Shown piece by piece: positions 35,076 to 40,248 of a stretch of DNA of 40,248 nt; the stretch's first letter is position 1; every line of letters begins with the position of its first letter. The notes below the pieces were generated by a model. That model was not told the origin of the DNA, did not search any database, and saw only the letters and a list, made by a program, of their open reading frames with translations. The DNA is taken from the NCBI GenBank assembly GCA_021740425.1, contig JAIOZV010000002.1:1-40248 (forward strand). Reading direction: 5' to 3'. The DNA comes from Bacteroidales bacterium. GTDB taxonomy: Bacteria; Bacteroidota; Bacteroidia; Bacteroidales; 4484-276. Made by a program: the position numbers and the translations under genes.

Positions 35076-35669
35076 TCATTTTAACCATAAACGCCAGATG
35101 GTTTGATCTACAAATGGCACATTGCTGTTTTTGCACACCATCATGGTATGTCCGGTTCCGCCAGAACCCGGGTTAAGCAGGTCATCATAAAATAGAGCAA
35201 AACCGGCAGGTGGAATACCTGACTGCGTGCCTATAACTTTCACGGTATCGCGCAAGAGGTAGGCAGCTTTGATGGTAACATTGTTGCTGATTCCTCCCAC
35301 AAAATCATCGATCAGCTTTTTGTTTTTCCTGTTTACACTGGTATGCCAGGCTATTTCGGGTTCGGCAGCCAGATTGATTTCGTCCAGTGAATGCCTGTGA
35401 TAGGCTTCCGCATTTTTTTTCCGATGACCTGAATACGGCAGGATTACCTCCATCCTTCCTGCATCCACTCTCGAAATTCCTTCTGCAAATAACTCATCTG
35501 CTCCTGTGGCATTACCGCTTCTAAAACGGGCATATTTCATTTCCATGCACAGCTTTTCGCCCAGGGCAGGCAGCAGAGATTTATCTTCCGGCAAAACTTT
35601 GCGCTTTCCCTCCAGCAAAATCACGATGCCCGGCTTATCGTATCTACCAATAAAATCAGAAAATTGCAT
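35076..35669 (-). CDS. Stand-alone SLOG-superfamily (DprA/Smf-LOG-like) Rossmann-fold protein of unknown function
   Basis: RSGNATGADELFAEGI resembles the DprA SG-x-A-x-G-x-D motif. PGSGGTGHTMMVCKNSNVPFV resembles the DprA/LOG second glycine-rich motif. The track start at 35711 is a GTG. The ATG at 35669 is preferred because a perfect -7 box lies 24 nt upstream of it. Confidence 0.5.
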   Translation of the reverse strand: MQFSDFIGRYDKPGIVILLEGKRKVLPEDKSLLPALGEKLCMEMKYARFRSGNATGADELFAEGISRVDAGRMEVILPYSGHRKKNAEAYHRHSLDEINLAAEPEIAWHTSVNRKNKKLIDDFVGGISNNVTIKAAYLLRDTVKVIGTQSGIPPAGFALFYDDLLNPGSGGTGHTMMVCKNSNVPFVDQTIWRLWLK

Positions 35670-35692
35670 CTCCGTTTTTTTTAATTCAGGCA

Positions 35693-35700
35693 CAAAAATA
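35693..35700 (-). promoter_or_regulatory. Candidate -7 promoter box (TATTTTTG on the minus strand) for the SLOG-like gene
   Basis: CAAAAATA on the plus strand is a perfect TAnnTTTG on the minus strand, 24 nt upstream of the ATG at 35669 and inside the GTG-extended ORF. Confidence 0.4.
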
Positions 35701-35770
35701 GTGAATACCACAAAAAAAATGGTGACTGATAAAAACCAATCACCATTTTGAGACTATTACTAATCCAAAT

Positions 35771-38700
35771 CTAAACCCATTTAACAAGGTTAAAATCCTG
35801 GCGATGCGGAATCAATCTGTGTTTAGGATAAATCCTGAAAGCATAGCTGTAAGCGCCTGCTTTAAAAGTGGGAATGTCAACGGCATACCGTGCACGCTGA
35901 TCCCTGGCTTCGATCATTGTCAATTCTTTACTATAAACAATCCTTTTCACCTGGCCTTCTACTTTTTTCCCGAATATGACTTCAATTCCAATGTATTCCG
36001 GTGCAATGCCATTGGTAAATAATGTTACTTCGGTCGAAAAGGTGTCTTCGAGAGTTAGTGGAGCACCCGAAGAGTCAGGAACCATCAGTTTTTCCAGCTT
36101 AATTTCCTGCCATTTATTTCGCATATCCTGTTTCCATGCAGCATATTCTCCAGCCAATTCATAATTATTGTTTTTAACCAGAGCAATACGATTGATGAGC
36201 TTACTGTAGAATTTTTGCTGATAATCTTCCAACTGGCGTTTCATTGTAAAATGAGGAGCTACTTCGGTGATGGTATTTTTGATGTACTGAACCCATTTTT
36301 CGGGAACCTGCTCATCGTTGTGATCGAAATAAAGTGGCAAAATTTCATCTTCAAAAACATTGTAAATGATTTCGGCATCCAGTTCATCCTGGAAATATTG
36401 ATTGGCATAAGTTCTGGCCTCGGTAATGGCAAACCCCGCATTGGCTTTAAATCCTTCGGCCCACCAGCCATCAAGTACTGAGAAGTTAACCACACCGTTC
36501 ATCACAGCTTTTTCTCCACTCGTTCCCGAAGCTTCAAGGGGTCGGGTTGGTGTGTTGAGCCATATATCCACTCCGGGGATCAATTTATGGGCAAGTTCCA
36601 TATCGTAGTTTTCGATAAAGATCACCTTGCCAATAAATCCTTCGGTTTTGGAAATTTCGATAATTCGTTTGATCAGGTTTTGACCTTCAACATCCTTGGG
36701 GTGAGCCTTCCCTGCATAAATAAACTGCAAGGGTCTGCCCGGCATATTTACCAGTTGACGAAGCCTGTCGAGGTTTGAGAACAGCAATTTTGCACGTTTA
36801 TAGGTCGCAAAACGGCGGGCAAATCCAATGGTCAGTGCATTTTCTTCGATAGCCTCAATGGTATTGATAATGAGCTTTGGATTTTCCTGACGAAAGGTCA
36901 TTTCTCCTTCTATTCTGGTTTTCACATAATCAAGAAGCTCCTTCTTGAGTTGTTTGCGTGTTTCCCAAATTTCGCTGTCATTAACATTTTGCATTTTTTG
37001 CCACATAGCAAAATCCAACTGATGCCACTTATAATCTTCACCGAAAACCTTTTTGTAGAGCAATTTCCAGGGTTTACTTGCCCAGGTAGGCAGATGTACA
37101 CCATTGGTTACATAGCCAATGTGGAGCTCTTCAGGAAAGTAACCTTCATAAAGCGGAGCAAACATTTCCTGTGAAACGCGGCCGTGGATGCGGCTCACCC
37201 CGTTCACTTCCTGTGAAAGCTTGGTGGCCAGCACACTCATCGAAAAAAGTTCGTGGGGATCATTTTCTCTGAATTTACCAAGATTCATCATGTCGATCCA
37301 TGAAATGTTAAGCCTTTCGGGATAGTGAGGAAAATAGGTTCTGAGCAGGTCTTCATTAAAATAATCGTGACCTGCGGGAACGGGTGTATGCGTTGTAAAC
37401 AAAGTGGACGAGCGAACCACCTCTTTGGCTTTATTGAAATCCAGTTTTTCTTCCTGTATCAGATACCTCAGCCTTTCGAGGCCAATAAAAGCGGAATGGC
37501 CTTCATTACTATGGAAAATATCGGGCTGAATGCCCAAGGCCTCGAGCATCCTTATACCGCCGATACCAAGCAGAATTTCCTGCTTCAGCCGGTTCTCCAG
37601 TTCACCCCCATACAATTGATGGGTTATCGACCTGTCAACCTCCTGATTTTCATCAAAATCAGTATCCAATAAATATAATGGAATACGGCCCACATCGCTT
37701 TTCCAAACCCTTGCATAAAGTGTTCTTCCGGGTAGTCCGATTTTAATTTGAAGTTGATCACCGTTTTTGTCTAATACTTTTACAATGGGCAACTGCGAAA
37801 ATTTCTGCGGCTGGTATTGTGCCACCTGATCGCCAAAGAGTGAAATGCTCTGTTGAAAATAACCATAGCGATACAGCAAACCCACGGCCACCAGGTTTTC
37901 GTTGGAATCGCTGGCCTCTTTCAGATAATCGCCTGCTAAAATTCCAAGTCCGCCCGAATACAATTTAAACGACTGATGCAGCCCATATTCCATACTGAAA
38001 TAGGCAATCTGTGCTTTGGGCTTGTTTTTGGATTCTTCGATATATGTCTTGAATTTATTATAGCTTTCGTAATATTTCTCGATGAAGGCTTCATTTTTTT
38101 CAAGTTCCTTCCATTCGTAAATATTTAATGAATCCAAAAGTTCGATGGGGTTCTGATGAAAATCATTCCAAAGTTTAGGATTGATCGACTCGAACATCTC
38201 AGTAGCCTTAAAGTTCCACGACCACCAAAGGTTACGCGAAATATCCTGCAAACCTTTAAGTTTTTCGGGGACTTTTGGCTCTACCACCAGACGTTTCCAT
38301 ACCGGAAGATCCTGCTGGGGAGCCTCGACCAAAACTTTCTTTTTTTCTTTTAAAAATGCAGTTGGGATCGGCTCAACCCTGCCATGGGTTTTATCAAGAG
38401 CAAGCGAATAGGCTTCACGGTATCTATCATAAAATTTTTCCCAAATGGCTGTATGTGCTATTTCTGCAGCATTCTCGCGAACTTCTTCCATTTCATCAGT
38501 CGTAAGCGACAGATATCCCAAAAGGGATTTTAAGATTTCACCTACCACTTCGCCATCATTATCATCTGTGCGATTGGCTACCACTACTCCCGGATGCTTG
38601 TCTTTAAACTCCTCTTGAACCCATTGCCCGAAACCCGCCTGACAAGTGGTAAGTGTGGGAACACGAAATGCTATGCTTTCGAGAGGCGTGTAACCCCAGG

Positions 38701-40018
38701 GTTCGTAATATGATGGAAATACGGTAAAATCAAAACCTGCCAGCAAATCGTAATACGACATATTAAAAACCCCATCGTTTCCATTGAGATAGGCCGGGAC
38801 AAAAATTATCTTCACCTTATCGCCCGGAAGGTTTTTAATCCCATGCCTTCGAATTTCAGAAAGGATGGCATCGTGATGATAATCGTATAAGCCGTGTGTT
38901 AAAAAAACTTCAGAAAGCGGGTTATTAAAATCGGGTTTTTCCATGCGTTCCACAACACCCTGAATAGGTCCTGTATGGTTTGCAGGAATTTTTACAAAAG
39001 CCACCACCTCTCTTTCAGGATTTTGCTTTGCCAGCCCGGCAATTGCTGCAATAAAAAGGTTTATCCCCTTGTTTCTAAACTCATAGCGGCCGCTTGTAAT
39101 GGTGAGGAAAGCATCCTCCTCAATTTTTTGATTGAGTAGTGCCTCAGCCACGTGCAACATAATTTTCCGTGCTGCACTTCTTTTTTTGGCGGCAGGTGCT
39201 TTGTCAAGAATCAACGATTTGGAAAAGCCATTGGGTGTAACCACATCAACAGCCTTTTCGAGCAAAGCTGCGGTTTCGCCGGAAGTGGTATTGCTAACTG
39301 CGGTAAATGCATCTGCATGGATGGCGGTCTTTTGTTCAAGCGAAAATCTCGACATCATACCAAAACGCCTTGCCATTTCTTCGCCATTGTATTCATTAAG
39401 TTTGCTGTAAAGCGGATAACCGTTTCCGGAGATTGCCCGACCAATGGTGGTGGCGTGGGTGGTAAATATTGTAGCCACCTGTGGAAGATGATCGTTCAAA
39501 TATAGCACTCCTGTTCCGGTCATCCATTCATGAAAATGAGCTACCACCTTATCGGAGAAAGACAATTTGTTTTTATAAAAACTTTCGATAACCTGACCCA
39601 CGGCATAGCCAAACATGGCAGGCTCGATATAATCCCAGCCGCCACTTAGCGAATCTACCTTAAATTTATTCCAAAGCTCTGTAAATATTTTATCCTTTTG
39701 GGGAAAGAGGGTGGTAAAATCCACGAGAAGCGCAATAGGCTTACCTTCAACATTCCACCTCCCCACTCTAAAATGGAGATCATCTGCTGCTGCAGCTTCA
39801 CGCCAGGTTTTAAACAGCTCGCGGTCTTCGATAAAATCAGGGTTCTCTCGGGTTTCTTTCCACACATCAGGGCCTATGGTAATGTAGTTATCGCCATATT
39901 CTTTTTGTACCAGGGGAGCTTTTGTTGAAAGTACAGTGTAAATGCCCCCGATCATGTTACAGATTTCCCAACTTGTTTCGAAAATATAATTTGGCTTATT
40001 CAATGTTTTCGTATTCAT
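35771..40018 (-). CDS. Bifunctional fusion: N-terminal GT3 (eukaryote-type) glycogen synthase and C-terminal GT35 alpha-glucan phosphorylase (DUF3417-type)
   Basis: GT3 part: FETSWEICNMIGGIYTVLSTKA, HFHEWMTGTG, TIFTTHATTIGR, FPSYYEPWGYTPLES. GT35 part, from about 38320 downward: RNLWWSWN, AYFSMEYGL...YSGGLGILAGDYLKEASD, FTTHTPVPAGHD, GFARRFATYKR, EASGTSGEKAVMNG (PLP-Lys context). The track start at 40057 is a TTG. The ATG at 40018 (MNTKTL...) is preferred. Confidence 0.85.
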   Translation of the reverse strand: MNTKTLNKPNYIFETSWEICNMIGGIYTVLSTKAPLVQKEYGDNYITIGPDVWKETRENPDFIEDRELFKTWREAAAADDLHFRVGRWNVEGKPIALLVDFTTLFPQKDKIFTELWNKFKVDSLSGGWDYIEPAMFGYAVGQVIESFYKNKLSFSDKVVAHFHEWMTGTGVLYLNDHLPQVATIFTTHATTIGRAISGNGYPLYSKLNEYNGEEMARRFGMMSRFSLEQKTAIHADAFTAVSNTTSGETAALLEKAVDVVTPNGFSKSLILDKAPAAKKRSAARKIMLHVAEALLNQKIEEDAFLTITSGRYEFRNKGINLFIAAIAGLAKQNPEREVVAFVKIPANHTGPIQGVVERMEKPDFNNPLSEVFLTHGLYDYHHDAILSEIRRHGIKNLPGDKVKIIFVPAYLNGNDGVFNMSYYDLLAGFDFTVFPSYYEPWGYTPLESIAFRVPTLTTCQAGFGQWVQEEFKDKHPGVVVANRTDDNDGEVVGEILKSLLGYLSLTTDEMEEVRENAAEIAHTAIWEKFYDRYREAYSLALDKTHGRVEPIPTAFLKEKKKVLVEAPQQDLPVWKRLVVEPKVPEKLKGLQDISRNLWWSWNFKATEMFESINPKLWNDFHQNPIELLDSLNIYEWKELEKNEAFIEKYYESYNKFKTYIEESKNKPKAQIAYFSMEYGLHQSFKLYSGGLGILAGDYLKEASDSNENLVAVGLLYRYGYFQQSISLFGDQVAQYQPQKFSQLPIVKVLDKNGDQLQIKIGLPGRTLYARVWKSDVGRIPLYLLDTDFDENQEVDRSITHQLYGGELENRLKQEILLGIGGIRMLEALGIQPDIFHSNEGHSAFIGLERLRYLIQEEKLDFNKAKEVVRSSTLFTTHTPVPAGHDYFNEDLLRTYFPHYPERLNISWIDMMNLGKFRENDPHELFSMSVLATKLSQEVNGVSRIHGRVSQEMFAPLYEGYFPEELHIGYVTNGVHLPTWASKPWKLLYKKVFGEDYKWHQLDFAMWQKMQNVNDSEIWETRKQLKKELLDYVKTRIEGEMTFRQENPKLIINTIEAIEENALTIGFARRFATYKRAKLLFSNLDRLRQLVNMPGRPLQFIYAGKAHPKDVEGQNLIKRIIEISKTEGFIGKVIFIENYDMELAHKLIPGVDIWLNTPTRPLEASGTSGEKAVMNGVVNFSVLDGWWAEGFKANAGFAITEARTYANQYFQDELDAEIIYNVFEDEILPLYFDHNDEQVPEKWVQYIKNTITEVAPHFTMKRQLEDYQQKFYSKLINRIALVKNNNYELAGEYAAWKQDMRNKWQEIKLEKLMVPDSSGAPLTLEDTFSTEVTLFTNGIAPEYIGIEVIFGKKVEGQVKRIVYSKELTMIEARDQRARYAVDIPTFKAGAYSYAFRIYPKHRLIPHRQDFNLVKWV

Positions 40019-40054
40019 AATTTGTTTGAAAATTAATTTTAAAAAATAAGTCGG

Positions 40055-40062
40055 CAAAAGTA
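40055..40062 (-). promoter_or_regulatory. Candidate -7 promoter box (TACTTTTG on the minus strand) for the GT3-GT35 gene
   Basis: CAAAAGTA on the plus strand is a perfect TAnnTTTG on the minus strand, 37 nt upstream of the ATG at 40018. It overlaps the TTG start proposed by the ORF track. Confidence 0.4.
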
Positions 40063-40248
40063 TGGTTTTTTGATGGAAGCTGAGATGAAGGATAGTAGAT
40101 ATGAAGACATTGATAAAGATTTTTTAACACCAGGCACACGAAAAATTACAAAATTGCCAGATATAGAGGACATGGAAACGTTAAATGGGGAAACTTCTTT
40201 TTATTGACGTTTCAAAGTCCTGCGGACGTTTGAAAGTCCCGGGGAAAA

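Noticed and set aside
35670-35711. GTG-initiated N-terminal extension of the SLOG-like ORF
   Set aside because: A perfect -7 box (35693-35700) lies within the extension, 24 nt upstream of the ATG at 35669. The shorter ORF is more plausible.
40019-40057. TTG-initiated N-terminal extension of the GT3-GT35 ORF (MPTYFLKLIFKQI)
   Set aside because: The TTG lies inside the perfect -7 promoter box at 40055-40062. The ATG at 40018 gives an N-terminus (MNTKTLNKPNYIFETSWE) that leads directly into the conserved GT3 start.
1-40248. Search for tRNA, rRNA, CRISPR repeats, transposase or integrase genes, toxin-antitoxin pairs and known defence-gene signatures
   Set aside because: None was recognised by eye. 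Intergenic regions lack tRNA-like T-arm motifs and regularly spaced identical repeats. Every large ORF has a metabolic, transport, signalling or secreted-protein assignment.

Overview
The window looks like a core chromosomal segment of a moderately AT-rich, probably anaerobic Bacteroidota genome. Three ORFs end in T9SS type-A C-terminal sorting domains. Seven perfect matches to the Bacteroidota -7 promoter box TAnnTTTG lie 24-55 nt upstream of start codons. An RseC-like gene and rnfBCDGEA are present. I found no tRNA, rRNA, CRISPR array, transposase, integrase or recognisable defence system. Gene content in order: (1) a glycogen operon, with a 5'-truncated GDE-type debranching enzyme, a GT4 glycosyltransferase and a GH57 enzyme; (2) a 1217-aa T9SS cargo protein (BNR propeller, 2 PKD domains); (3) an M24B Xaa-Pro aminopeptidase; (4) a 1248-aa SNF2 helicase with two SWIM fingers; (5) a small secreted tandem CTD-like protein, a LytS-type kinase, a LytTR regulator, a decamer tandem repeat and a lipoprotein built from five CBM48/CBM20-like modules; (6) an orphan MacB/FtsX-type permease; (7) an LruC-domain lipoprotein; (8) rnfBCDGEA; (9) an SDR, RseC-like and T9SS-cargo operon; (10) a SLOG/DprA-like protein with a polytopic membrane protein and an ABC ATPase; (11) a 1415-aa fusion of GT3 glycogen synthase and GT35 alpha-glucan phosphorylase. 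Genes from 21275 to 40018 all lie on the minus strand. No single feature is a proven novel system. The candidates I would pursue first are a FliG C-terminal-like domain fused to the GH57 enzyme, the synthase-phosphorylase fusion, the LytS/LytTR module with phased 10-bp repeats ahead of the 5xCBM lipoprotein, the SLOG-like/membrane/ABC trio, and a T9SS cargo gene translationally coupled to rseC and separating it from rnfB. All family assignments come from motif recognition by eye and need HMM or structure confirmation.
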